DNA of 64,000 nucleotides from the human T2T-CHM13v2.0 reference genome, Homo sapiens. The stretch lies in NCBI RefSeq assembly GCF_009914755.1, contig NC_060928.1; one strand, given 5' to 3'. Below are positions 41,676 through 59,689 of the stretch, piece after piece. Numbering within the stretch: position 1 is the stretch's first letter; each line of letters starts with the position of its first letter. A program made the translations under genes and the position numbers. The notes beneath the pieces are model-generated. The model saw only the letters and a program-made list of their open reading frames with translations. It was not told the DNA's origin and ran no database searches.

Positions 41676-44600
41676 GTGAAGTGACGTGCTAATAGTAGAT
41701 GACAAATAACTGGCAGTTAGGCATGATAAGTTTTTGTGAGTATACTGCATGTAGCATAGTGGTTAACAGATGCAGCCAAGTAATGTGTCTGATGACCGGT
41801 GTTTTCCCATTCCTTTTTTCAATTCAGAAAATTTCTCAGCCAACATTTTTTCAAACATTTACTGTCTTCTATTCTGTCAATATTTCTCTCTAGTATGCCA
41901 ATTAAATGAATGTTGAAACTTTTTTGTGTGTCTTCCACACCACTTAACCTCACATATCTTTCTCCATATCCCACCATATTCTGTTCTGAATGATTTCTGC
42001 CAAGCTCTTTTCCATTTAGGGGTTCTCTTCTCAGGGAATTCTTTTATCTTAGCTGAGTAATTTTTAAAAATTGCCATGAATTTAATTTTTATTTTAAAAA
42101 TTCGGTTTGTTTTCCACATCTGCTTTCTTTAATATTCTTTCTTTCTAATGTTGCTTAATTTTTATTCCTTTCATTGGATCATAAAATAACAATAATATTT
42201 TAAAGTCTTTTAGATTGCTCTATTGTTGATGATCCTTCAGTCTCTGCTGTTTTTTTAATTAATTAATTAATATATTTATTATCCTTTAAGTTCTGGGGTA
42301 CATGTGCACAACGTGCAGGTTTGATACATAGGTATACATGTGCCATGTTGGTTTGTTGCACCCATCAACTCATCATTTATATTAGGCATTTCTCCTAATG
42401 CTATCCCTCCCCAGCCCCCGACCCCCTGACAGGCCCCAATGAGTGATGTTCCCCGCCCTGTGTCCCGGTGATCTCATTGTTCAATTCCCACCTATAAGTG
42501 AGAACATGCAGTGTTTGGTTTTCTGTCCTTGTGATAGTTTGCTGAGAATGATGGTTTCCAGCTTCATCCATGTCCCCGCAAATGACATGAACTCATCCTT
42601 TTTTATGGCTGCATAGTATTCCATGGCATATATGTGCCACATTTTCTTAATCCAGTCTATCATTGGTGGACATTTGGGTTGGTTCCAAGCCTTTGCTATT
42701 GTGGATAGTGTTACAATAAACATACATGTACATGTGTTTTCATAGTAGCATGATTTGTAATCCTTTGGATATATACCCAGTAATGGGATGGCTGGGTCAA
42801 ATGGTATTTCTAGTTCTAGATCCGTGAGGAATCGCCACACTGTCTTACACAATGGTTAAACCAATTTACATTCCCACCAACAGTGTAAAAGTTTTCCTAT
42901 TTCTCCACATCCTCTCCAGCATCTATTGTTTCCTGACTTTTTAATGATTGCCATTCTAACTGGTGTGAGATGGTATCTCATTGTGGTTTTGATTTGCATT
43001 TCTCTGATGACCAGTGATGATGAGCATTTTTTCATGTGTCTGTTGGCTGCCTAGATGTCTTCATTTGAGAAGTGTCTGTTCATATCCTTTGCCCACTTTT
43101 TGATGGGGTTGTTTGTTTTTTTCTTGTAAATTTGTTTGAGTTCTTTGTAGATTCAGGATATTACACTTTGTCAGATGGGTAGATTGCAAAAGTTTTCTCC
43201 CATTCTCTAGGTTGCCTATTCACTCTGATGGTGATTTCTTTTGCTGCACATAAGCTCTTTAGTTTAATTAGATCCCATGTGTCTATTTTGGCTTTTGTTG
43301 CCACTGCTTTTGGTGTTTTAGTCATGAAGTTCTTGCCCATGTCTATGACCTGAATGGTATTGCCTAGGTTTTCTTCTAGGGTTTTACGGTTTTAGGTCTA
43401 ACATGTAAGTCTTTAATCCATCTTGAATTAATTTTTGTATATGGTGTAATGAATTGATCCAGTTTCAGCTTTCTACATATGGCTAGCCAGTTTTTCCAGC
43501 ATCATTTATTAAATAGGGCATCCTTTCCCCATTTCTTGTTTTTGTCAGGTTTGTCAAAAATCAGATGGTTGTAAATGTGTGGCATTATTTCTGAGGACTC
43601 TGTTCTGTTCCATTGGTTTATATCTCTGTTTTGGTACAAGTACCATGCTGTTTTGGTTACTGTAGCCTTGTAGTATAGTTTGAAGTCAGGTAGTGTGATG
43701 CGTCCAGCTTTGTTCTTTTTGCTTAGGATTGTCTTGGCAATGCAGGCTCCTTTTTGGCTCCATATGAACTATAAATCAGTTTTTTTCCAATTCTGTGAAG
43801 AAAGTCATTGGGTCATTGGTAGCTTGATGGGGATGGCACTGAATCTATAAATTACTTTGAGCAGTATGGCCATTTTCATGATATTGATTCTTCCTATCCA
43901 TGAGAATGGAATATTCTTCCATTTGTTTGTGTCCTCTTTTATTTCGTTAAGCAGTGGTTTTTAGTTCTTCTTGAAGAGATCTTTCACATCCCTTGTAAGT
44001 TGGATTCCTAGGTATTTTATTCTCTTTGAAGCAATTGTGAATGGGAGTTCACTCATGATTTGGCTCTCTGTTTGTCTGTTATTGGTGTATAAGAATGCTT
44101 GTGATTTTTGCACATTGATAATATATCCTGAGATTTTGTTGAAGTTGCTTAACAGCTTAAGGAGAATTTGGGCTGAGATGATGGGGTTTTCTAAATATAC
44201 AATCATGTCCTCTGCAAATAGGGACAATTTGACTTCCTCATTTCTTAATTGAATACCCTTTATTTCTTTCTCCTGCCTGATTGCCCTGGCCTAAACTTCC
44301 AACACTGTGTTGAATACAAGCGGTGAGAGAGGGATTACTTATCTTGTTCTGGTTTTCAAAGGGAATGCTTCCAGTTTTTGCCCATTCAGTATGATATTGT
44401 CTGTGGGTTTGCCATAAATAGCTCTTATTATGTTGAGATACATTCCATCAATATCTAGTTTACTGAGAGTTTTTAGCATGAAGCGTTGTTGAATTTTTTC
44501 GAAGGCCTTTTCTGCATCTATTGAGATAATCATGTGGTTTTTGTCATTGGTTCTGTTTATGTGATGTTTTACGTTTATTGATTTGCATATGTTGAAGCAG

Positions 44601-44865
44601 CCTTGCATCCCAGGGATGAAGCCTTCTTGATCGTGGTGGATAAAATTTTTGATGTGCTGCTGGATTCAGTTTGCCAGTATTTTACTGAGGATTTTTGCAT
44701 CAATGTTCATCAGAGATATTGGCTAAAATTCTCTTTTTTTGTTCTGTCTCTGCTAGGCTTTGGTATCAGGATGATGCTGGCCTCATACAATGAGTTAGGG
44801 AGGATTCCCTCTTTTTCTATTGATTGGAATAGTTTTGGACGGATTGGTACCAGCTTCTCTTTCTA

Positions 44866-45033
<168 letters not shown>

Positions 45034-45520
45034 CTAGATTTTCTAGTTTATTTGAGTAGAGTTGTTTATAGTATTCTCTGATAGTAGTTTGTATTTCTGT
45101 GGGATCGGTGGTGATATCCCCTTTATCATTTTTTATTGCGTCTATTTGATGCTTCTCTCTTTTCTTCTTTATTAGTCTTGCTAGCAGTCTATCAGTTTTA
45201 TTGATCCTTTCTAAAAACCAGCTCCTGGATTCACTGATTTTTTTTTTTTTTTCTTGAGACTTTTCCTTTTTTTTTTTTTTTTCATGATCTTTTTTTTTTT
45301 TTTTTTTTTTTTTTTATTATACTCTAAGTTTTAGGGTACATGTGCACATTGTGCAGGTTAGTTACATATGTATACATGTGCCATGCTGGTGCGCTGCACC
45401 CACTAATGTGTCATCTAGCATTAGGTATATCTCCCAATGCTATCCCTCCCCCCTCCCCTGACCCCACCACAGTCCCCAGAGTGTGATATTCCCCTTCCTG
45501 TGTCCATGTAACCTCATTGT

Positions 45521-49371
<3,851 letters not shown>

Positions 49372-49410
49372 TCATTAGTTGATGCAGTTTCTTCCTAGTC
49401 TCGATGGTCT

Positions 49411-50427
49411 TTACATTTTGGCATGATTTTGCAGCAGCTGGTACCGGTTGTTCCTTTCCATGTTTAGCGCTTCCTTCAGGAGCTCTTTTAGGGCAGGTAT
49501 GGTGGTGACAAAATCTCTCAGCATTTGCTTGTCTATAAAGTATTTTATTTCTCCTTCACTTATGAAGCTTAGTTTGGCTGGATATGAAATTCTGGGTTGA
49601 AAATTCTTTTCTTTAAGAATGTTGAATATTGGCCCCCACTCTCTTCTGGCTTGTAGGGTTTCTGCCGAGAGATCCGCTGTTAGTCTGATGGGCTTTCCTT
49701 TGAGGGTAACCCGACCTTTCTCTCTGGCTGCCCTTAACATTTTTTCCTTCATTTCAACTTTGGTGAATCTGACAATTATGTGTCTTGGAGTTGCTCTTCT
49801 CGAGGAGTATCTTTGTGGCATTCTCTGTATTTCCTGAATCTGAACGTTGGCCTGCCTTGCTAGATTGGGGAAGTTCTCCTGGATAATATCCTGCAGAGTG
49901 TTTTCCAACTTGGTTCCATTCTCCACATCACTTTCAGGTATACCAATCAGACGTAGATTTGGTCTTTTCACATAGTCCCATATTTCTTGGAGGCTTTGCT
50001 CATTTCTTTTTATTCTTTTTTCTCTAAACTTCCCTTCTCGCTTCATTTCATTCATTTCATCTTCCATTGCTGATACTCTTTCTTCCAGTTGATCGCATCG
50101 GCTCCTGAGGCTTCTGCATTCTTCACATAGTTCTCGAGCCTTGGTTTTCAGCTCCATCAGCTCCTTTAAGCACTTCTCTGTATTGGTTATTCTAGTTATA
50201 CATTCTTCTAAATTTTTTTCAAAGTTTTCAACTTCTTTGCCTTTGGTTTGAATGTCCTCCCGTAGCTCAGAGTAATTTGATCGTCTGAAGCCTTCTTCTT
50301 TCAGCTCGTCAAAATCATTCTCCATCCAGCTTTGTTCTGTTGCTGGTGAGGAACTGCGTTCCTTTGGAGGAGGAGAGGTGCTCTGCGTTTTAGAGTTTCC
50401 AGTTTTTCTGTTCTGTTTTTTCCCCAT
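49411..50427 (-). CDS. LINE-1 ORF1p, full length 338 aa
   Basis: MGKKQNRKTGNSKTQS...NHAKM; REKG, ARR and YPAKLS motifs intact; several substitutions versus the remembered L1HS consensus. Confidence 0.93.
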   Translation of the reverse strand: MGKKQNRKTGNSKTQSTSPPPKERSSSPATEQSWMENDFDELKEEGFRRSNYSELREDIQTKGKEVENFEKNLEECITRITNTEKCLKELMELKTKARELCEECRSLRSRCDQLEERVSAMEDEMNEMKREGKFREKRIKRNEQSLQEIWDYVKRPNLRLIGIPESDVENGTKLENTLQDIIQENFPNLARQANVQIQEIQRMPQRYSSRRATPRHIIVRFTKVEMKEKMLRAAREKGRVTLKGKPIRLTADLSAETLQARREWGPIFNILKEKNFQPRISYPAKLSFISEGEIKYFIDKQMLRDFVTTIPALKELLKEALNMERNNRYQLLQNHAKM

Positions 50428-51334
50428 CTTTGTGGTTTTATCTACTTTTGGTCTTTGATGATGGTGATGTACAGATGGGTTTTCGGTGTAGATGTCCTTT
50501 CTGGTTGTTAGTTTTCCTTCTAACAGACAGGACCCTCAGCTGCAGGTCTGTTGGAATACCCTGCCATGTGAGGTGTCAGTGTGCCCCTGCTGGGGGGTGC
50601 CTCCCAGTTAGGCTGCTCGGGGGTCAGGGGTCAGGGACCCACTTGAGGAGGCAGTCTGCCCGTTCTCAGATCTCCAGCTGCGTGCTGGGAGAACCACTGC
50701 TCTCTTCAAAGCTGTCAGACAGGGACACGTAAGTCTGCAGAGGTTACTGCTGTCTTTTTGTTTGTCTGTGCCCTGCCCCCAGAGGTGGAGCCTACAGAGG
50801 CAGGCAGGCCTCCTTGAGCTGTGGTGGGCTCCACCCAGTTCGAGCTTCCTGGCTGCTTTGTTTACCTAAGCAAGCCTGGGCAATGGCGGGCGCCCCTCCC
50901 CCAGCCTCGTTGCCGCCTTGCAGTTTGATCTCAGACTGCTGTGCTAGCAATCAGTGAGATTCCGTGGGCGTAGGACCCTCTGAGCCAGGTGTGGGATATA
51001 GTCTCGTGGTGCGCCATTTCTTAAGCCGGTCTGAAAAGCGCAATATTCGGGTGGGAGTGACCCGATTTTCCAGGTGCATCCGTCACCCCTTTCTTTGACT
51101 CGGAAAGGGAACTCCCTGACCCCTTGCGCTTCCCAGGTGAGGCAATGCCTCGCCCTGCTTCGGCTCGCGCACGGTGCGCACACACACTGGCCTGCGCCCA
51201 CTGTCTGGCACTCCCTAGTGAGATGAACCCGGTACCTCAGATGGAAATGCAGAAATCACCTGTCTTCTGCGTCGCTCACGCTGGGAGCTGTAGACCGGAG
51301 CTGTTCCTATTCGGCCATCTTGGCTCCTCCTCCC
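50428..51334 (-). promoter_or_regulatory. L1HS 5'UTR: CpG-rich internal sense promoter with YY1 site, plus antisense promoter
   Basis: cggccatcttg at 51312-51322; ORF0 start MAGAPPPASL at 50883 on +, ending at TGA 50955-50957. Confidence 0.85.
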
Positions 51335-54300
51335 GGATTCACTGATTTTTTGAAGGGTTTTTTGTGTCTCTATCTCCTTCAGTTCTGCTCTGATCTTAGT
51401 TATTTCTTGCCTTCTGCTAGCTTTTGAATTTGTTTCCTCTTGCTTCTCTAGTTCTTTTAATTGTGATGTTAGGGTGTTGATTTTAGATCTTTCCTGCTTT
51501 CTCTTGTGGGCATTTAGTGCTGTACATTTCCCTCTACACACTGCTTTAAATGTGTCCCAGAGATTCTGGTACGTTGTGTCTTTGTTCTCGTTGGTTTCAA
51601 AGAACATCTTTATTTCTGCCTTCATTTCATTATTTACCCAGTAGTCATTCCGGAGCAGGTTGTTCAGTTTCCATATAGTTGTGTGGTTTTGAGTAAGTTT
51701 CTTAATCCTGATTTCTAATTCGATTGCACGGTGATCTGAGAGATAGTTTGTTGTGATTTCTGTTCTTTTACATTTGCTGAGGAGTGCTTTACTTCCAATT
51801 ATGTGGTCAATTTTAGAATAAGTGTGATGAGGTGCTGAGAAGAATGTATATTCTGTTGATTTGGGGTGGAGAGTTTTGTAGATGTCTATTAGGTCTGCTT
51901 GTTGCAGAGCTGAGTTCAATTCCTGGGTATCCTTGTTGACTTTCTGTGTCGTTGATCTGTCTAATGTTGACAGTGGGGTGTTAAAGTCTCCCATTATTAA
52001 TGTGTGGGAGTCTAAGTCTCTTTGTAGGTCTCTAAGGACTTGCTTTATGAATCTGGGTGCTCCTGTATTGGGCGCATATATATTTAGGATAGTTAGGTCT
52101 TCTTGTTGAATTGGTTCCTTTACTATTATGTAGTGGCCTTCTTTGTCTCTTTTGATCTTTGTTGGTTTAAAGTGTGTTTTATCAGGGACTAGGATTGCAA
52201 CCCCTGTGTTTTTTTCTGCTTTCTATTTGCTTGGTATGTCTTCCTCCATACCTTTATTTTGAGCCTATGTGCATCTTTGCACATGAGATGGGTCTCCTGA
52301 ATACAGCACACTTATGGGTCTTGACTCTTTATCCAATTTGCCAGTCAGTGTCGTTTAAATGGGGCATTTAGCCCATTTATATTTAAGGTTAATATTGTTA
52401 TGTGTGAATTTGATCCTGTCATTATGATGTTGCTGGTTATTTTGCTCATTAGTTGACGCAGTTTCTTCCTAGCCTTGATGGTCTTTACAATTTGGCATGT
52501 TTTTGCAGTGGCTGGTTCTGGTTGTTTCTTTCCATGTTTAGTGCTTCCTTCAGGAGCTCTTGTAAAGCAAGCCTAGTGTTGACAAAAATCTCTCAGCATT
52601 TGCTTGTCTGTAAAGGATGTTATTTCTCCTTCACTTATCAAGCTTAGTTTGGCTGGATATGAAATTCTGGGTTGAAAATTCTTTTCTTTAAGAATGTTGA
52701 ATATTGGCCCCCACTCTCTTGTTGCTTGTAGGGTTTCTGCTGAGAGATCTGCTGTTAGTCTGATGGGCTTCCCTTTGTGAGTAACTAGACCTTTCTCTCT
52801 GGCTGCCCTTAACACTTTTTCCTTCATTTCAACCTTGGTGAATCTGACAATTATGTGTCTTGGGGTTGCTCTTCTCAAGGAGTATCTTTGTGGTGTTCTC
52901 TGTATTTCCTGAATTTGAATGTTAGCCTGCCTTGCTAGGTTGGGGAAATTCTCCTGGATAATATCCTGCAGAGTGTTTTCCAACTTGGTTCCATTCTCCC
53001 CATCACTTGCAGGTACACCAATGAGACATAGATTTGGTATTTTCACATAGTCCCATATTTCTTGGAGGCTTTGTTCATTTCTTTTTACTCTTTTTTCTCT
53101 AAACTTCTCTTCTTGCTTTATTTCATTAATTTGATCTTCAATCACTGATACCCTTTCTTCCATTTGATTGAATTGGCTATTGAAGGTTGTGCAAGCATCA
53201 TGAAGTTCTCGTGCCATCGTTTTCAGCTCCATCAGGTCGTTTAAGTTCTTTTCTACACTGTTTATTCTAGTTAGCCATTCATTTAATCTTTCTTCAAGTT
53301 TTTTAGCTTCCTTGCAATGGGTTCGAACATCCTCCTATAGCCAGGAGATGTTTATTTTTACTGACCTTCTGAAACCTACGTCTGTCAACTCATCAGAGTC
53401 ATTCTCCATCCAGCTTTGTTCCATTGCTAGTGAGGATCTGCGATCCTTTGTAGGAGAAGAGTGCTCTGGTTTCTAGAATTTGCAGCTTTTCTGCTCTGGT
53501 TTCTCCCCATCCTTGTGGTTTTTATGTACCTTTTGTCTTTGATGTTGGTGACCTACAGATGGAGTTTTGGTGTAGATGACCTTTTTGTTGATGTTGATGC
53601 TATTCCTTTCTGTTTGTTAGTTTTCCTTCTAACAGTCAGGTCCCTCAGCTGCAGGTCTGTTGGAGTTTGCTGGAGGTCCACTTCAGATCCTGTTTTCCTG
53701 GGTATCACTAGCGGAGGCTGCAGAACAGCAAATATTTCAGAAGAGGAAATATTGCTGCCTGATCCTTCCTCTGGAAGCTTTGTCCCAGAGGGGCAGCTGC
53801 CTATATGAGGTGTCTGTCGGCCCCTACTGGGAGGTTTCTCCCAGTTAGGTGACACAGGGGTCAGGGACCCACTTGAGGAGGCAGTCTGTCCATTCTCAGA
53901 GCTCAAACACTGTTCTGGGAGAACCACTGCTCTCTTCAAAGCTGTCAGACAGGGACGTTTAAGTCTGCATAAGTTGTCTGCTGCCTTTTGTTCAGCTATG
54001 CCCTGCCCACAGAGGTGGAGTCTAGAGGCAGTAGGCCTTGTTAGGCTGTGGTGGGCTCTGCCCAGTTCAAGCTTCCTGGCCACTTTGTTTACCTACTCAA
54101 GCCTCAGCAATGGCGGACACCCCCCCCCCCCCCGCCAGCCAGGCTGCCGCCTCACAGTTCAATCTCAGACTGCTGTGTTAGCAATGAGCAAGGCTCTGTG
54201 GGCGTGGGACTCACCGAGCCAGGCACGGGAGAGAATCACCTTGTCTGCTGGTTGCTAAGACCTTGGGAAAAGTGCAGTATTTGGGTGAGAGTGTCCCATT

Positions 54301-54988
54301 TTTTCCAGGTATAGTCTGTCATGGCTTCCCTTTGCTAGGAAAGGGAAATTCCCCAACCCCTTGCACTTCCCGGGTGAGGCAACGCCCTGCCCTGCTTCAG
54401 CTCACCCTCCATGGGCAGCACCCACTGTCCAACCAGTCCCAGTGAGATGAACAAGGTACCTCAGTTGGAAATGCAGAAATCACCCGTTTTCTGCATCAAT
54501 CATGCTGGGAGCTGCAGAGCAGAGCTGTTCCTATTCGGTCATCTTGGAACGCCCCCCAGTCTCTGCTAACTATTTATGACAATGTATTTTCTTATGTACT
54601 TTATAATTTTTGTCAGCTCATTTTTGATGGGATTATTTACTTTTGTGGTTTTATATATAGAGTTGACCCTATTAATAATTTCATGGTTACTTCTGAGGTA
54701 GACTTATATATTCACTCATTCTGGATGTGTTTTTATGTTAGTTTTTTAGCTCAAGGCCTCCATGCAAGTAATGAAAGAATTTGTGTCTCACACACTTATG
54801 AGATGTAAGCAGGGAAATCTTATTTCCTGAGTTAGATTTTTTGCATTCAAGGCTCAGGGTAGGTAGCTTATTTTGTGTTATGTCCTTAGTGAGTGAAACT
54901 TTTTCAAAGATATTTACTTATTTGACTTCTGATTTTATTCAGAGACCCTAATATCAGTTTCTTATTTGTATATTAATACCTCAGACAC

Positions 54989-55376
54989 TGTCGTAGTCTG
55001 CTTTGTGCTGTTATAACAGAATAGTGCAGACTAGGTAATTAACAATGAACAGAAATTTATCTGGCTCACAGTTCTGGAGGCTGAGAAGTCAAAGAGCATG
55101 TTGCCAGCATCTGGCAAGGGATTTTGGGCTGCATCATCTCATGGCAGAGGTGGAAGGACAAGAAAGGGTGAGAGCAAGAGAGAAAGAAGGCCTAGCTCAC
55201 TTTTATAACAATCCTCCCTAAGATAATCTGCTCCTGCAATAATAACATTAATCCATTCGTGTAGGCAGAGCCCTCATGACCTAATCACCTCTTACTGGGT
55301 CATATCTCCCAACACTATTGCAATGGGGATTAAGTTTCTAACACATGAACTTTGGGGAACACAGTCAAACATAGTA
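54989..55376 (-). mobile_element. MaLR solo LTR (MSTC/MSTD/MLT1A-like)
   Basis: ggctcacagttctggaggctgagaagtc..catgacctaatcacctctta; perfect TSD gacac (54984-54988 / 55377-55381). Confidence 0.85.
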
Positions 55377-55534
55377 GACACTAACAATTCCATTATACTA
55401 ATCTGACTTCAATACCCTGTTACAACTGTGTATCTGCTTTTTATTTCTGATACCTGCAGAATAATTATATTTCTTGATTTTGATCTTTACTATTCATTTA
55501 CTTTTTAAAACAAAACTTAGATTTTTGACCTTTG

Positions 55535-55795
55535 GCCAAAGGATACAAAATTTCAGTTGGATAGGAGAAATAAGTTCAAGAGACCTATTATACATCATGG
55601 GGTGACTACAGTTAATAACAATATAATTTATGCTTAACAATAGCTAAGACAGTAGATCTTAAGTGTCACCACAAAAAGGTAAGTGTGTAAGGTAATATGT
55701 GTGGTAATTAGCTTGATTTATCCATTTCATAATATATACATATATAAAAACTTTATGTTATGCATCATAGATATTTTTGTCAACTAAAACATAAA
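55535..55795 (+). mobile_element. L1MA 3'-end fragment
   Basis: caaaggatacaaaatttcagtt..aataagttcaagaga..gttaataacaat. Confidence 0.65.
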
Positions 55796-56303
55796 TATTT
55801 GAAAACTGCTTTTTTTTTTTCAAATCCAGAATTTCTATGTTTTTGTAGGAGTAGAGATGTTGGTTTCCTATATCAGCTTAGCCTACCATCTTGACTAATG
55901 TTCTTATTTAATCTTAATAAACCTCAGTTTTCTTATCTGCAATACTGAGATAAAGATGGCATCTACATTGTAGGGTTGTCATGAGGATTAAATGAGATAA
56001 CAAATTTAAAACACTTATTTACTGAACACATAGTAATTGCTTAGCACATTATATTATCATGTAAATCAGCTGCTATTATCATGTAAATAATGTACATCAG
56101 CCAAATTTCAGATACTCAATAATTTATCACTATAATCTATAATTATGGTTATTAGTATGGGTCCTCATCTCAGATCCATTCATGATTGGGAACTATATCA
56201 AGAATTCAGAAGACCTAGCAAATAGTGCCAAAACTATCCAAGTATATCTATAATCTACAAGTCACAGTTGTTTTGAGAATCACTGAAATAAATACTTTGA
56301 GGA

Positions 56304-56506
56304 TAGTGGTTTTGCCTCCAACCGGACATTTGACAATGTTTGGGCGGCATTTTTGATAATCATGATTTGTGGGGCAGTAAGCTAGTGGCTTCTAGTGGGT
56401 AGAAGTAAGTGGTGCTATTAAACATCCTATAATGCACGGTATAGCCTCCTACAACAAAGAATTACCTAGCCCAAAATTTCAAAGGTGCTGAGGTTGAGAA
56501 ACCCTG
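56304..56506 (-). mobile_element. MER20 MITE
   Basis: ggacatttgacaatgt..aaacatcctataatgcac..aagaatta..ggttgagaaaccctg. Confidence 0.75.
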
Positions 56507-59500
56507 AATTCGTTTATTAAACCTCTTCATGTTTCAAATTCAGTTTATTTTTAAACTATGTATTTCAAAAAGTTTGTGAGTTGTACTGTTCACTGAATTA
56601 ATAGTTGGATGTTAATTGTAAGTTGGTGACCAAAGATGTCAATCTGGTTCAGGGGAGATTTTCACACAATCAAAGATTTCTTTGGCATTCAAGGGAGTAG
56701 AGCAGTTACCAAATTTACATTTCTATGCAGCAAAGAACAAAAATGAAAATATTAATGGAAACAACACAATAACAATATCAATAATGCAACAACTCACATA
56801 CAGACACTTACACATACAAATAAGCACACAGCCATACACAGAAAAGTCAATGGAGTTGGAGTGAGACTTTCAGAGACAATGTGAAATTAGCTAGGGACAT
56901 TTAAATCCTGGAGCAGATAGCATCTAACATTTATACTGCTAAAATTTCTGGATTTGTTATCAATATGAAATTGAGTTCCTCCAGGAATCTCTCTCTTCCC
57001 TAACTCTCTGAAGCCTCTTTTTAAAAGTCTTTTCACCATATTTTAATTTTCTATTTTTGTATCTCTCTCATTTTCTAGACATATTTAAGGGCAAATATCC
57101 TGTTTTACTCATTTTCTTATCAACAGCATTAATCGTGGAGCTTGATACATAGAAGACACTCAATAAATGTTTGAGGTAAAGAATGAATAAGTGAATGATT
57201 AACACCTCCCTGGGTTTATCCGTATTTATAGTGATATTTAAGGATACACACCAACTAAGGTAGGCATCACAGAATGCATTCAGTACCTACAAAATGGAAT
57301 TGAAAATGCAAGGATAAATGGAAGCCCACTCTCAAATGACATAACAGGGTTGTGCGGGATTGGAAAACAATGTCAACAAAGTAAAAAACTTGATGTAAAG
57401 CAATCTAAAATGAAATTTAAACAAAGACTGAAGTAATTCCTGTTGTCTCAGAATCAGACAAACACCACTAGGCTCTGCAAATAGCAATGGCAACCCCAAA
57501 GCCAAGAACACACTTTGCTTATGTGTGTGCTGATGGTGTCTTTGGTTTATAATTGTGTGAGCCAACCAGCCTGGCTTCTCCCAGTCAGATTAACACAGCA
57601 TCCAGCATATTGTACTTTCTATAAAACAGATATACATATTTAAATAACAGCATCACATCTCTAATGAACATATCATCTATTGCCACTATTTGTATGCTCA
57701 ATTTAGGAAAAGCTGTAATGTCAACTTAGAAATAGAGAAATATACATCTGAGCGGAAACATTTTTTGTCTGTTTAAATAATTTTCAACCTTTTCCATTGA
57801 TTTTTGAAATACTAATATTTTGTGCCTTCTTTAATGACAATGACATAATATATTCTCGCTTAAGATGCTGCCTTAGTTTCATCTGGAGATCTTTTCTTTG
57901 TCTTATAGATGAGGAAACTGAGCCTTAAAAAGGTGAAGAACTTGACCCCAGACATAACAACTAGAAAGTGACGAAACAGAGATTGAAGCCCAGGTCTTTC
58001 TGGCTCTGTATCTTGGCATTGTCTCCTGTGCCTAGTGTTTACCAAATTTCCAGTTTTTTGACAAACTTCTCCATATTGGGACTTTGCATTTTCCACTTTT
58101 AGTTATTTGTTGCAAAACATACTTGAATATAAAAGTTTCCATTTTAAATTAGAATAATTCAGAAATTACTCACACTATGCAACTCTGTACTATGCTCTAT
58201 ATAGTATAGAAGAAAGTCCTGTCTTTCCTAAGACAATTTTGTTTCTTTCATGAGTGTTTCGACAAATATACAGATATTTCATATGATAATCAACCAAAAG
58301 TATCTCCTTCAAATTCTTTTATTCTAAAATTGCAAGTAAAATATAGATATATTCTTGTAAAAGATTCAAATGACATAGAAAAAGCAAAGTCCTCTCCCAT
58401 TTTTAGTCCCTTCCCCAGAAGCAGCCACCTGAGCCAGTTATTAATCTAGATTCCTCACCAACAAATCCACCTCCCCTTACTCTGCTTTTGATGTGCAGCT
58501 GGGCTGTGACTCCGCCAACAATATCCCCAGATTGCTTTACCAGATGGCTTCCTGGAAGTTTTTTTCCAGCAGGAAGTGGGAGGAGGGGAGAAAGGACTTC
58601 CCTGCTTTTTCCCATTCCTGTCAGTGTTAGTCTCACCAGTGGAATTTGCCCCGGTCTCTATGCCCTTTTGGCAACCCCAGGACCTTCCTTAGGGACTCCT
58701 CAGAAGTGCAGCTGAAACAGGTGGGGCTCCCTCCACAAATGTCTGAGCACACTCCTCTGGGGCCTCCTTTATATGTCTAGATTCCTGTAACCCTGCCTTT
58801 TCCTTTTTGTTTTCCCAGACCTAGGATGGTAGCTCTTTCCTGCAGTTATTTTCTCTGGTTTCCCTCAGTGTTTCTGCTGTGTTCTCTCAGTCCTCTAATT
58901 CTTGTGTTAAATCTCCTCTGTTTGCAATGTAATAAATTATTTTTCTGCATTTCTGACTGAACTCTGACATATATCACCACGATCATATTGACTTACACCC
59001 CTACACATAGTTTTCTTTCTATTTTTATTTCCAATTTAATATTTTGTGATTTTTATAAATTGTTATTTCTGTATACAAAGAAAGTGAAGTGTGGTAATAT
59101 TAGAAAAAAGTAACAAGTACAAAGCCGTGAAAGAGAAGATAATACTGCCACTGATAGATGCAGGCTTTCAGAAGAAGAAAAGTTAAATGGAGTTTCCAGG
59201 TCATAGTCTGACTTCATCTTCCTTGAGTTTCCAGGTACTCCTTCTGGGAAGGTAAGTGGACAAGGTCACGAATTAGTCCTGGGAGTTGTAGGCTCACCAC
59301 AATGGGTAATCCAGGGTTGTATTGATCCAGCTACTGGTTATTTAGTATACAGTCAGGGGTTATGGGCTGCTCTGCGTTTTCTGATTTGAAGTTTACCTGA
59401 GCCAGCTTCTAGGTCTCCGAAGTGTGCCAAAGCAGAACTTCTTTGAGGGTGCCATGAATGTCCTCAGGTGATCCAGTCAGAAGGGAAGGAAGAAAAGGGC

Positions 59501-59689
59501 AGGAGCTTCACCAGCACATGGTCTATCAAGTCATCCTAGCGCATGGCCCATCAAGTCATCCTAGTAATGACTACACAATACTCAGTAACTTTTGCATGCA
59601 CGCCTCGGACCTGGTCTGGGTACTCTCTAAGGCAGCTGTCTTCCTGGAGTCTTCATTCACCACCATCCTGGAATTCCTTTTGCTTCTCT

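Noticed and set aside
51215-51994. 259-aa ORF as a novel fusion gene
   Set aside because: It is a fragment of D ORF2 reading by chance into the 5'UTR of E, with a broken N-terminus and no expression evidence.
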